Below the pieces are notes generated by a model. The model ran no database searches and was not told the DNA's origin. It was given only the letters and a program-made list of their open reading frames with translations. Both the position numbers and the translations under genes were made by a program. A stretch of DNA of 64,000 nucleotides from Acidimicrobiia bacterium. Its GTDB lineage: Bacteria > Actinomycetota > Acidimicrobiia > Spongiisociales > UBA4744. Below, piece after piece: positions 30,393 to 39,305 of the stretch. Positions within the stretch are counted from its first letter, which is position 1. Every line of letters starts with the position of its first letter. Location of the stretch: NCBI GenBank assembly GCA_029863625.1, contig JAOTUY010000009.1, positions 1,523 through 65,522 on the forward strand, read 5' to 3'.

Positions 30393-31477
30393 TGGCGGTG
30401 CGGACCGACGAAGGCCGCCGGGACGGGTTTCGCCGCCTGGGTGGATTGGCGCTGCTGCTCGTGGTCCTCGGTGGAGCATTTCTTGGAGCCCGGCAGCTTG
30501 CCGACTGGGTGGGCGGATTGGGAGGGGTCTCGGACGTCACCGCTCCTCCCGATCTCCAACCGGGTCTTGAGGTCTCCGTGGACATTCCGGCCGGTTCGAC
30601 CGCCCGCCAGATCGGGGTTCTCCTCGCCGAAGCCGGCGTTGTGGAGTCGGCGGCACGGTTTGAATTGGCCGCCCGCACCACGGATTCTGCTGAGCGTCTC
30701 CAGGCAGGTCGATACGATCTCGAAACCGGGATGGCCAACGACACGGTCATCGACCGACTCCTGACGGGCCCGATGATCGAGACGTTCCGGATCACGGTGC
30801 GGGAGGGATTGTGGATCAACGAAGTCCTCGACGAGATCGCCGGACAGACCGATTTCACAACGGCTGAGGTCCGGCAGGCTTTGAGCGGCGTCGAGTCCTC
30901 GTTACTGGAAGGTCCCGCCTCCGACCCCATTTCGTGGGAAGGTCTGCTCTTCCCCGACACCTACGATTTCCCACTCGACGCGGATCCCGAGGAGATCCTG
31001 CAGCGTCTGGCCGACACAATGGTGCGGCGCGTCGAGACCGTCGACTGGTCGGAGCTTGAATCGCGAGGTCTTTCGGTCTATGAAGGCATCATCGTTGCTT
31101 CGCTGATTGAGGCGGAAGCCGGTGTTGACGGCGACCGACCGCTGATCGCCAGCGTGGTGGTCAATCGCCTGGACTTGCCGATGGTGCTCGGTATCGACGC
31201 CACCGTGATCTATGCCGTCGGGCAGCGGGGCAAGTCGCTCACGCAGTCGGACCTCGACATCGATTCGCCATACAACACCAGGAAATTTGCCGGTCTTCCG
31301 CCCACTCCGATCGGCGGCCCGGGGAGAGCCTCGCTTGAGGCAGCTGCTTCGCCTGCGGCGACTGACTTTCTTTACTACGTGCTGACATCGGCAACCGGCG
31401 CGCATTCTTTCACGGCCAGCTACGACGAGTTCCTCGCCTTGAAGCAGCAAGCCTTGAACGATGGTCTCATTCCATGA
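30389..31477 (+). CDS. mltG: Endolytic murein transglycosylase MltG (YceG family)
   Basis: N-terminal TM, then a YceG-like domain (LLFPDTYDF, ASLIEAEAG, YNTRKFAGLPPTPI). Confidence 0.85.
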   Translation: MMAVRTDEGRRDGFRRLGGLALLLVVLGGAFLGARQLADWVGGLGGVSDVTAPPDLQPGLEVSVDIPAGSTARQIGVLLAEAGVVESAARFELAARTTDSAERLQAGRYDLETGMANDTVIDRLLTGPMIETFRITVREGLWINEVLDEIAGQTDFTTAEVRQALSGVESSLLEGPASDPISWEGLLFPDTYDFPLDADPEEILQRLADTMVRRVETVDWSELESRGLSVYEGIIVASLIEAEAGVDGDRPLIASVVVNRLDLPMVLGIDATVIYAVGQRGKSLTQSDLDIDSPYNTRKFAGLPPTPIGGPGRASLEAAASPAATDFLYYVLTSATGAHSFTASYDEFLALKQQALNDGLIP

Positions 31478-32289
31478 AACAACCAGGTGGCGTGGTGGCC
31501 GGTTTCGACCTGGTCCTGCTTGGAGATCCAGTCGCTCACTCGCTTTCGCCCGTCATCCAGCAAGCAGGCCTCGACGCGGCCGGTGTGATGGGCACCTACC
31601 GGGCCCTTCGGGTGGACGCAAACGGGTTCCGCCGGGCGTGCGTGGATCTGCGGGCCGGGAGATGGCGGGGGGCCAATGTCACGATGCCCCACAAGCGCCT
31701 GGCTTTCGCAGAGACGGACGAATGGTCGACGGGAGCCGAGAGGTCCGGCTCCGTCAACACCATCGTCGTGAAAGATTCCCGATTGGTAGGGCATAGCACC
31801 GATATCGACGGAATTCGGCAAGTGTGGCAAGAGGCCGGGTTGCCGCTCGATGCTCCGGTGCTGGTGCTGGGCGCCGGGGGCGCCGCCGCCGCGGCCCTGG
31901 TAGCGCTCGATGTATCAGATCTCCTCATCTCGTCTCGCCGTTGGGAAGCCGCACAAGAAGTGGCCGCCACCGCGGACGTTGCGGTTCGTCCGGTGAAGTG
32001 GGGGAAAGTGATCGCCGGAGCCGTTGTCGTGAATGCGACTCCTCTGGGAATGAAGGGCGAGACTCTGCCTCGCGGCATCGTTGAGCAATCGGCCGGTTTG
32101 CTCGATATGGCCTACAGCGTCCAGGTAACTCCAGCCGTGCGAACGGCTTGCCGGGCCGGTTTGCCCCATGCGTCCGGCCCGGATGTGCTCCTGGCGCAAG
32201 CCACCGCCTCCTTCACGCTGTGGACCGGTCTGGCCGCTCCCTCGGTTGCGATGCGCGCTGCGCTGCAAAAGGCTCAAGCGACCGGCTAG
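31474..32289 (+). CDS. aroE: Shikimate dehydrogenase
   Basis: LLGDPVAHSLSPVIQQAGL (substrate-binding), NVTMPHK, and NADP-binding GAGGAAAA. Confidence 0.85.
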   Translation: MKQPGGVVAGFDLVLLGDPVAHSLSPVIQQAGLDAAGVMGTYRALRVDANGFRRACVDLRAGRWRGANVTMPHKRLAFAETDEWSTGAERSGSVNTIVVKDSRLVGHSTDIDGIRQVWQEAGLPLDAPVLVLGAGGAAAAALVALDVSDLLISSRRWEAAQEVAATADVAVRPVKWGKVIAGAVVVNATPLGMKGETLPRGIVEQSAGLLDMAYSVQVTPAVRTACRAGLPHASGPDVLLAQATASFTLWTGLAAPSVAMRAALQKAQATG

Positions 32290-32331
32290 CTCCGCCGAAA
32301 CTCCCTAAGAGTCGGTCACGGAGGAGTCATC

Positions 32332-33240
32332 ATGTCGCTAACCGGTGCCCTCGAGGCGTTCCCGCTGCCCGAGGTGCTGCGCTTGCTAGCGCGGTCCAAT
32401 AAAAGCGGAACCCTGCGAGTCGATGGGGCCGACCTGCAGGGAAGGATCTACCTCACCGACGGTTCGCTCACCTATGCAACGACCCGCCGCGAAGAGGACC
32501 TGGCCGACGATTTGGTCGGTGCCGGGTTGATCGATTCCCAGGATTGGGTGCTGGTGGAACGCCGTGAGAAGGACGTGGTCGAGGTTCTCGGCGAGCACGC
32601 CACAAAGCAACAGTTGACAGACCTGCTGGCCGACCAGATTGCGGATGTCATCTTCCGGCTCATGCGGAGGACCGACGGCGATTTCGAGTTCTCCGAGTCT
32701 GTCGGCCCGCGCTACAACACTGGGATCATCATCGACATTGACGCTTCCATCGCTGAGGCCGAGAGACGCAATACGCAGTGGACCGAGATCGAGCAGGTCA
32801 TTCCGGCGATCACCTTCCACCTTCGAATGGTTCCCGATCTCACAGACCGCAATGAGGTTCCCGTGCCCGCCGCGCACTGGAGGATTCTCGCCGCCCTCCA
32901 TGGCGAGGGAAGCATCGAAGAGGTCGCCCGGCGTTTGGGAATGACCGACTTCGCGGTTGCGCAGATCATGGCCGGCCTGGCTCGTGATGGACTATTGGAA
33001 GTTGTCGACATGCCGCCGCCGGCCGGATACGGATACGGCGAAGACCCAAGCGCTGTGCAGGAAGTGGCACCGGAACCGCCCCGGGAGAGCCCTGATGAAC
33101 CGGACGTGGACGATGAAGTGCTTCTTCGCTCCGCTCTGTCGGACGTCGTTGCGACAGATGACGGTCAAGAGGTACCCGCCCTAGCCCGTAAGCGCGGTCT
33201 GGGCGCCCGAGTCCAGGAAGCCAAGGAAGCCGGTGAGTAA
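32332..33240 (+). CDS. DUF4388-domain protein with C-terminal winged-helix-like segment; putative pilus regulator
   Basis: The N-terminus LTGALEAFPLPEVLRLLARSNKSGTLRV...GRIYLTDGSLTYA matches the DUF4388 pattern. The C-terminal HWRILAALHGEGSIEEVARRLGMTDFAVAQIMAGLARDGLL looks like a wHTH. Its stop overlaps the pilB start (33233 vs 33240). Confidence 0.65.
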   Translation: MSLTGALEAFPLPEVLRLLARSNKSGTLRVDGADLQGRIYLTDGSLTYATTRREEDLADDLVGAGLIDSQDWVLVERREKDVVEVLGEHATKQQLTDLLADQIADVIFRLMRRTDGDFEFSESVGPRYNTGIIIDIDASIAEAERRNTQWTEIEQVIPAITFHLRMVPDLTDRNEVPVPAAHWRILAALHGEGSIEEVARRLGMTDFAVAQIMAGLARDGLLEVVDMPPPAGYGYGEDPSAVQEVAPEPPRESPDEPDVDDEVLLRSALSDVVATDDGQEVPALARKRGLGARVQEAKEAGE

Positions 33241-34930
33241 CCGAGCCATGGTGCAGCGAGATGCCGGACATCTCGGAACCCTCCTCCTGGAGGAAGGCAT
33301 CGTTACCGAGGAGGTGCTCAAGAAGGGCCTGGATCTTCACCATGAGACCGGCCGTCCTCTGGGGCGGGTCCTGGTTGAAGAGAACCTGGTCGACGAACGA
33401 GACCTGGTCCGCGTTCTGGCCAAGAACATTGGCATCGAGTTCGTCGATCTCGACGAAGGAGCGGTCGATCCGGCTGCCGCAGCCCTGATTCCTGAGGCGT
33501 TGGCGCGCCGCTATGCGGCCCTCCCGATAGGCTTCGAAGAAGAAAAACTGGTCGTCGCCATGGCCGACCCGGCCAACGTGCTGGCCATCGACGACATCCG
33601 AGCGATTTCCGGACGTGAGGTGGTGCTCAAGGTCGCCACTCGCTCCGACGTCGAGGCGGCTGTGTCCCGCATGGCGTCTCTGGACAGTTCCGTTACCGAC
33701 ATGGCCGAACTGGCGGCTGAGGACGCCATTGAATCGCAGGACCTCGGCGCGGTCGAAGCGGCAGCCGACGAAGCCCCTGTGGTCAAACTGGTGAACATGC
33801 TGATCACCAGGGCGGCGGCCGATCGAGCCTCCGACATCCATGTTGAACCGACCGAACGAGATCTGCGGGTCCGGTTCCGGATCGATGGTGTGCTCCACGA
33901 GATCATGCGGACACCTCGGTCGATCTCGAACGCCCTTGTCAGTCGGCTGAAGATCATGGCCGACATCGATATCGCCGAGCGTCGCCGCCCGCAAGACGGA
34001 CGGATAAATCTCAAGGTTGGCGGCAAACAACTCGACCTCCGCGTTTCCAGCCTGCCAACCATCTACGGCGAGAAAGTCGTCATGCGGCTCCTCGACACCA
34101 GTACCGCACTTCTCGAGCTCAAGGATCTGGGGTTCCTGGGTGAAAACGAGCGCCGCTACCAGGAATCCTTCAGCAAGCCCTACGGGACCATCCTGTGCGT
34201 AGGGCCTACCGGTTCGGGAAAGTCGACGACGCTTTATGCGACCCTCAACGTCCTCAATCGACCCGAGGTGAACATCGTGACGATTGAAGACCCGGTGGAA
34301 TACCGCCTCCCCGGCATCAGCCAGGTACAGGTCAACAAGAAAGCCGGCCTCAACTTTGCATCGGCGTTGCGTTCTTTCCTCCGTCAGGACCCCGACATCA
34401 TGCTGGTTGGTGAGATTCGCGACCAGGAAACGGCCAACATCGCCATCGAATCCGCACTGACCGGGCACCTGGTGCTCTCCACTCTCCACACCAATAACGC
34501 GCCGGCCAGCGTCAGCCGGCTGATCGAGATGGGTGTCGAGCCATTCCTGGTCGGGTCGGCCCTCGACGCCGTGCTCGCGCAGCGGCTGGCCAGACGGCTG
34601 TGCGGCCAGTGCAAGGAGGCCTACACGCCAACGGCCGAGGCCCTTCGGGAAGCCAGTTTCCCGATGGGGAGTCTCGACCAGGTGCCGACCTTGTATCGGG
34701 CCGTTGGGTGCAAACACTGTTCCAACACCGGCTATCGCGGGCGCCTGGCCGTCCACGAGCTGATGACCGTCAACGAGGAGATCGAACTGTTGGCTGTGGA
34801 GCGGGCCGCCACCGAACAGCTGACCAAGGCCGCAGTCGCCAACGGGATGCTCACCCTCAGAGAAGACGGTATGGCGAAGGTCGCAATGGGGCTCACCTCC
34901 ATCGAAGAGATCATGCGGGTCATCATCTAG
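33233..34930 (+). CDS. pilB: Type IV pilus assembly (extension) ATPase PilB/GspE family
   Basis: An N-terminal MshEN-like/T2SSE_N domain, Walker A GPTGSGKSTT, Asp/His boxes and a tetracysteine zinc motif (CGQCKE...CKHCSNTGYRGR) typical of PilB. Confidence 0.9.
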   Translation: MSNRAMVQRDAGHLGTLLLEEGIVTEEVLKKGLDLHHETGRPLGRVLVEENLVDERDLVRVLAKNIGIEFVDLDEGAVDPAAAALIPEALARRYAALPIGFEEEKLVVAMADPANVLAIDDIRAISGREVVLKVATRSDVEAAVSRMASLDSSVTDMAELAAEDAIESQDLGAVEAAADEAPVVKLVNMLITRAAADRASDIHVEPTERDLRVRFRIDGVLHEIMRTPRSISNALVSRLKIMADIDIAERRRPQDGRINLKVGGKQLDLRVSSLPTIYGEKVVMRLLDTSTALLELKDLGFLGENERRYQESFSKPYGTILCVGPTGSGKSTTLYATLNVLNRPEVNIVTIEDPVEYRLPGISQVQVNKKAGLNFASALRSFLRQDPDIMLVGEIRDQETANIAIESALTGHLVLSTLHTNNAPASVSRLIEMGVEPFLVGSALDAVLAQRLARRLCGQCKEAYTPTAEALREASFPMGSLDQVPTLYRAVGCKHCSNTGYRGRLAVHELMTVNEEIELLAVERAATEQLTKAAVANGMLTLREDGMAKVAMGLTSIEEIMRVII

Positions 34931-35037
34931 GAGACCGGCCGGAGAAGGGTCGCCTGCCAGGGAAACCTTCAAGGTGGGCGGGCCCACTGCCGAAACTGAT
35001 ATGAGGCAAATCGCCTCGAAGGGTAACCGGAAAGAGA

Positions 35038-36603
35038 ATGAACACAGCATCACGCAGACTCGGTGAGCTTCTCGTCGATCGTCGGTTGCTTTCCAAGGAT
35101 GTCCTGGAGGGCTTGCTGAACCAGGAAACGTCCACCGGCGTTCCGATCGCCAAGCTCCTGATCGACGGTGGGCACGTCCGGGAGGAGGACCTCCTCAGGG
35201 CCGTTGCCGACCGGGTGGGCATGCTGTACATCGACCTCGACGACGCCTTGCTCGATCCGGAAGCAGTCGGGCTGCTTGACGCCGACGCGGCCCGCCAGCT
35301 CATGGCCATGCCGGTCCGCATGGAGGAGGAGAAGGTCGTCGTCGCCGTCGCCGATCCTTTCGACCCCGAAACTCATGTGCGCCTGGAGAAGATCTCGGGT
35401 TTAGGGGTGACCCTGGCGTTGGCCACTCGGACCGCTATCCAGCGTGCCATCGACTTCGTACACGGCTCCGAGAAGGTCCCACTTATTCGTCAGCCGGGAA
35501 TGCCAACGGAAACGGCGACGGCGACCGAGCCCGATATCCTGCACCTCAACGAGCTGCTCGGTATTCAGCTTGATCGGGGTGGGTCCGACCTGCATCTCAC
35601 CGCCGGTTCGCCACCGCAGATCCGCGTGCACGGAAAACTCGAGCGCTTGACCGATTTTCCGGTGCTCAAGCCGGCCGAACTGCGGCGGATGATCTACAGC
35701 ATCCTTACGGAGAAGCAGAGGGAGAAGCTGGAGGAAACGTTAGAGCTCGATGCGTCCCATCCGGTGCCCGGGCGGGGCCGGTTTCGCATGAACGTCTATT
35801 TTCAGCGTGACTCGATCGGAGCCGCTTTCCGGGCGATACCGACCGACATCATGTCCCTGCAGCAGTTGGGAATACCAACCTCGGTGGGTGAACTGGCCGA
35901 TTTGCAGCGCGGTCTCGTTCTCGTGACGGGTCCGACGGGCTCCGGCAAGTCGACGACTCTGGCGGCGTTGATCGACATGGTCAATTCCAAGCGCTCCTGT
36001 CACATTCTCACCGTCGAGGATCCGATCGAATTCCTGCATGTCCACAAGCAGGCCATCGTCAATCAGCGAGAGGTTGGAGCCGACACTCTCGGCTTCGGGT
36101 CGGCCTTGAAGCATGCCCTGCGGCAGGACCCGGACGTGATTCTGGTTGGGGAGTTGCGGGATCTCGAAACCATCTCGACGGCCCTCACAGCCGCCGAGAC
36201 GGGTCACCTCGTCTTTGCCACTCTGCACACTCAGGATGCCCCCCAGACCATCGACCGCATCGTCGATGTGTTCCCCTCGCACCAACAGCAGCAGATCCGG
36301 GTACAGGTGGCATCGACGATTCAGGCCATCATGACCCAGCAGTTGGTTCCGCTCCGGTCTGGAAAGGGCCGCGTGCCGGCCGTCGAAGTGATGATCGCCA
36401 CGTCGGGTATTCGCAATCTGATTCGCGAGTCGAAGAATCATCAGATCACCACGGCGATGCAAGCCGGTGGAAAGCACGGTATGCAGACGATGGATCAGGC
36501 TTTGGCGGATCTGGTCCGTCGAAACCTCATCTCGTACGCGGTGGCGGTCGAACGATGCATGAACCTCGAGGATTTCCAACGGCTCGCGGGTCGGATGGCG
36601 TAG
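35038..36603 (+). CDS. pilT: Type IV pilus retraction ATPase PilT with N-terminal MshEN-like/T2SSE_N extension (521 aa)
   Basis: PilT hallmarks: GPTGSGKSTT, FATLHT, GIRNLIRESK (the AIRNLIRE motif), GMQTMDQ, and no tetracysteine. It also carries about 150 N-terminal residues bearing two RLG-x2-LL-x2-G-LL-x4-L-x3-L-x2-Q-type motifs separated by 5 aa, plus a T2SSE_N domain. Confidence 0.8.
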   Translation: MNTASRRLGELLVDRRLLSKDVLEGLLNQETSTGVPIAKLLIDGGHVREEDLLRAVADRVGMLYIDLDDALLDPEAVGLLDADAARQLMAMPVRMEEEKVVVAVADPFDPETHVRLEKISGLGVTLALATRTAIQRAIDFVHGSEKVPLIRQPGMPTETATATEPDILHLNELLGIQLDRGGSDLHLTAGSPPQIRVHGKLERLTDFPVLKPAELRRMIYSILTEKQREKLEETLELDASHPVPGRGRFRMNVYFQRDSIGAAFRAIPTDIMSLQQLGIPTSVGELADLQRGLVLVTGPTGSGKSTTLAALIDMVNSKRSCHILTVEDPIEFLHVHKQAIVNQREVGADTLGFGSALKHALRQDPDVILVGELRDLETISTALTAAETGHLVFATLHTQDAPQTIDRIVDVFPSHQQQQIRVQVASTIQAIMTQQLVPLRSGKGRVPAVEVMIATSGIRNLIRESKNHQITTAMQAGGKHGMQTMDQALADLVRRNLISYAVAVERCMNLEDFQRLAGRMA

Positions 36604-36615
36604 GAGGACGGGCAC

Positions 36616-37836
36616 ATGGCGACAACCTTCAGCTACAAGGTCAAGGACAAGTCGGGCAAGTTGCACGACGGTGAGATGCAGGCCTCGTCCCAGTCGGCCG
36701 TCGCCAAGGCGCTACGCGAGCGTGGGTTTGTGCCGGTGTTGGTCGAAGAGAAGAAAGCTTCGGCGCTTCAGAAAGAGATCAAGATCCCGGGTTTGTCGGG
36801 CCGGATCAAAGTCAAGGAAGTCTCGGTCTTCAGCCGGCAGTTCGCCACCATGATCAACTCGGGTCTTTCGCTCCTCAGGTCTCTGACCATTCTGGCCGAG
36901 CAGACACCCAACCGTGCCTTCCGGGATGTGATCCTCAACGTGAAGGCCGATGTTGAAAAGGGATCGTCGCTCTCCCAGGCCCTCGAGAAGCACCCGAAGA
37001 CTTTCCCCCGCATCTATTCATCTATGGTCAAGTCGGGTGAAGTAGGCGGTGTCCTGGACGAGACGCTGGAACGGCTGGCGATAACGCTCGAAGCGCAGGT
37101 GGAACTCCGGTCCCAGGTGAAATCGGCCATGATGTACCCGGCGGCCGTCTTCGGTCTGGTGATCTTCATCGTCATCGCCATGTTGCTCTTCGTAGTCCCG
37201 ATGTTCGAGTCGATGTTTGCCGATTTCGGGGCCGAGCTTCCCCTGCCGACCAGGATGCTGATGAGTCTTTCGGTGATCTTCACGACATATTGGTATCTGG
37301 CGATTGGCGGCACGATCGGAGCCATCTACGGCTTCAAGCGGTGGATCGCCACCGATGGGGGCCGCAGCAGATTCGACGCCATCAAACTCAAGATGCCGAT
37401 CTTCGGCAAACTGGTCCACAAGACCGCCCTGGCCCGGTTCGCCCACACCCTGGCGGCGCTCACGAGGACTGGAGTCCCGATCCTGATGGCGATGGACATC
37501 GTGGCCGAAACCTCAGGTAACGCCGTGGTCGCCCGGGCCGTGATGAGCGTGCAGGCTTCCGTCAAAGAAGGCGAGTCGATCGCGGAGCCCCTATCGAACC
37601 ACCCGGTGTTTCCCCCGATGGTGGTGCAGATGATGGCGGTCGGCGAAGAGACCGGCGCTCTCGACACGATGCTCGAGAAGGTGGGCGATTTCTTCGATCG
37701 CGAGGTCAAGACCATGGTGGAGGGCTTGACCAGCCTCATCGAACCCCTCCTGGTCGTAATCCTGGGGGCCACCGTCGGTGGCATGCTCCTGGCTCTCTAC
37801 CTGCCCATCTTCAATGTCATCACGCTCATCGAATAG
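36616..37836 (+). CDS. pilC: Type IV pilus inner-membrane platform protein PilC/GspF family
   Basis: Two GspF repeats (ISRQFATMINSGLSLLRSL... and LARFAHTLAALTRTGVPIL...), about 400 aa. Confidence 0.9.
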   Translation: MATTFSYKVKDKSGKLHDGEMQASSQSAVAKALRERGFVPVLVEEKKASALQKEIKIPGLSGRIKVKEVSVFSRQFATMINSGLSLLRSLTILAEQTPNRAFRDVILNVKADVEKGSSLSQALEKHPKTFPRIYSSMVKSGEVGGVLDETLERLAITLEAQVELRSQVKSAMMYPAAVFGLVIFIVIAMLLFVVPMFESMFADFGAELPLPTRMLMSLSVIFTTYWYLAIGGTIGAIYGFKRWIATDGGRSRFDAIKLKMPIFGKLVHKTALARFAHTLAALTRTGVPILMAMDIVAETSGNAVVARAVMSVQASVKEGESIAEPLSNHPVFPPMVVQMMAVGEETGALDTMLEKVGDFFDREVKTMVEGLTSLIEPLLVVILGATVGGMLLALYLPIFNVITLIE

Positions 37837-37851
37837 CCGTGAATCCCGTGG

Positions 37852-37863
37852 CTGACTAGTCAG
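37852..37863. promoter_or_regulatory. 12-bp palindrome CTGACTAGTCAG in the pilA promoter region (shares a 10-bp core with the site at 18030-18047)
   Basis: Read directly, about 120 nt upstream of the pilA ATG. The core TGACTAGTCA is AT-rich against a GC-rich background. Confidence 0.45.
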
Positions 37864-37980
37864 TTGGGGGTTCGAAGATTGGCCCCTCATTCGGGGATTG
37901 TCGCTCAACTCCCGACGGCTGAGCACCGATATCTATCTATGAGGGCCGAACGTCGGCTCTTCCTAAAAGGAGGAATCACC

Positions 37981-38424
37981 ATGATTGGTTTGATTCGGAG
38001 CCGACTCGGAAACGACGAAGGCTTCACTTTGGTCGAGTTGATGGTGGTCGTATTGATCATTGCCATTCTTGTGGCGATCGCCATCCCGACCTTCCTCGGT
38101 GCTCGTACCAGCGCCCAGGATCGGGCCGCCCAGAGCAACCTGCGCAACGCCCTGACTGCCGAGAAGGTCTTCTACGTCGACAACGAGGCGTACAGCGACA
38201 ACGCGGCCGCCGAACTGGATGCCATTGAGCCGAGCATCGACTGGGCCTCCATTACGGTCACCCTCAATGCTTTGAACGACCAGGACGTTTGCTTGTTGAT
38301 CACATCGTCCAGCGGTACCGTTTTCGCCCTGAAGGACGTCGCTTCTGGGGTCGGAGCCGGGACCTTCTATGGCCAAACCGACTGCGCTGGTGCGACCTTC
38401 ACCACCGCGGACGCCGGCTGGTAA
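37981..38424 (+). CDS. pilA: Type IV major pilin
   Basis: Leader MIGLIRSRLGNDEG, then FTLVELMVVVLIIAILVAIAIP (G-1/F+1/E+5). 147 aa with a C-terminal Cys pair (D-region). A strong RBS AAAGGAGGA lies 6 nt upstream. The six-frame ORF starts upstream at 37864, but the ATG at 37981 fits the signal-peptide architecture. Confidence 0.85.
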   Translation: MIGLIRSRLGNDEGFTLVELMVVVLIIAILVAIAIPTFLGARTSAQDRAAQSNLRNALTAEKVFYVDNEAYSDNAAAELDAIEPSIDWASITVTLNALNDQDVCLLITSSSGTVFALKDVASGVGAGTFYGQTDCAGATFTTADAGW

Positions 38425-38448
38425 ACAAACCCCCACCGATCTAGAACT

Positions 38449-38478
38449 CGAGAGGGCGGCCTGTAGGCCGCCCTCTCG
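38449..38478 (+). terminator. Perfect 13-bp stem / 4-nt loop hairpin downstream of pilA (attenuator or terminator candidate)
   Basis: cgagagggcggcc-tgta-ggccgccctctcg begins 25 nt after the pilA TAA. There is no U-tract, so this looks like an actinobacterial I-shaped terminator or an mRNA-stabilising stem. Confidence 0.5.
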
Positions 38479-38534
38479 GCATGTCGTTAGATCCAGCCGA
38501 CTGTGGCTAACGTCATTTGCCGAAGGAAGGAAGC

Positions 38535-39305
38535 ATGACAGCCTATTTCGCAACCGTTGCCGGTCTGTTCGGCCTCTTGATCGGTTCCTTTCTCAACGTC
38601 GTCGCCTACCGGGTACCGCTCAGTCGATCCGTGGTATCTCCTCCCTCCGCCTGTCCGGAGTGCGGACACCCGATCCGGTGGAAAGACAACATTCCGGTTG
38701 TTTCGTGGCTGCTCCTCAAGGGGCGGTGCCGCGACTGCGACGCAAGCATCTCAGCGCGATACCCGTTCGTCGAGGCTGCCACCGGAGCTTTGTTTGTCGG
38801 GAGTTACCTGGTGATCGGCCCGGTCTGGGTGCTGCCCGCCTACCTGCTCTTCGTAGCCACCACCGTGGTGTTGGTGCTCACCGACCTCGACCACAAGAGA
38901 ATCCCCAACCGTATCCTCTATCCAGCCACTGCGGCGGCAGTGATGCTCATCGCGGCCGGTGCTGCGGCCGATGGATCGATGGTATCCATACCGAGGGCTC
39001 TGGCGGGCGGCGGGATCTACTTCGGATTGCTCCTGGTCATTGCTCTACTGGCCCGGGGTGGCTTCGGGATGGGGGATGTCAAGCTGGCCTTCCTGCTCGG
39101 GACCTTCCTCGCCTTCCAGTCTTGGGACACCTTGTGGTCGGGTATCTTCTTGGCTTTCCTGATCGGCGGGGTAATTTCGCTCCTCCTTCTGATCACCAAG
39201 CGAAAGGGCCGCAAGGACGCCATCCCGTTCGGCCCCCCTCTCATCGTCGGGGCGTTGGTCGCTCTCGTCTGGGGCCAACAATTGGTGGACTGGTACCTGT
39301 CCTGA
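38535..39305 (+). CDS. pilD: Prepilin peptidase (A24 family, PilD/TadV-like)
   Basis: N-terminal zinc-finger CPECGH...CRDC, then a polytopic membrane domain with the catalytic Asp context (GMGDVKLAFLLG). RBS GAAGGAAGG. An alternative TTG start lies at 38517. Confidence 0.85.
   Translation: MTAYFATVAGLFGLLIGSFLNVVAYRVPLSRSVVSPPSACPECGHPIRWKDNIPVVSWLLLKGRCRDCDASISARYPFVEAATGALFVGSYLVIGPVWVLPAYLLFVATTVVLVLTDLDHKRIPNRILYPATAAAVMLIAAGAAADGSMVSIPRALAGGGIYFGLLLVIALLARGGFGMGDVKLAFLLGTFLAFQSWDTLWSGIFLAFLIGGVISLLLLITKRKGRKDAIPFGPPLIVGALVALVWGQQLVDWYLS

Noticed and set aside
34931-35037. Small GC hairpin (gtgggcgggcccac) in the pilB-pilT spacer as a terminator
   Set aside because: The stem is short with a tiny loop and there is no U-tract, and pilT has its own RBS close by. 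This is insufficient to call a terminator.
32966-35053. Long minus-strand ORFs antisense to annotated genes, for example 32966-35053 (695 aa), 16261-17628 (455 aa), 12430-13503 (357 aa), 21946-23202 (418 aa), 25011-26432 (473 aa) and 28489-29913 (474 aa)
   Set aside because: High GC content depletes stop codons on the antisense strand. These ORFs overlap well-supported + strand genes (pilB, relA, secD, hisS, aspS/rarA, alaS) whose products have clear conserved motifs. The antisense translations are low-complexity and rich in Arg, Pro and Ala, with no recognisable domains.
37837-37980. Possible c-di-GMP or other riboswitch in the pilA 5' region
   Set aside because: Short GC hairpins are present, but nothing resembling the conserved GEMM or other riboswitch cores. 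The region is more simply explained as a promoter plus operator palindrome plus strong RBS.
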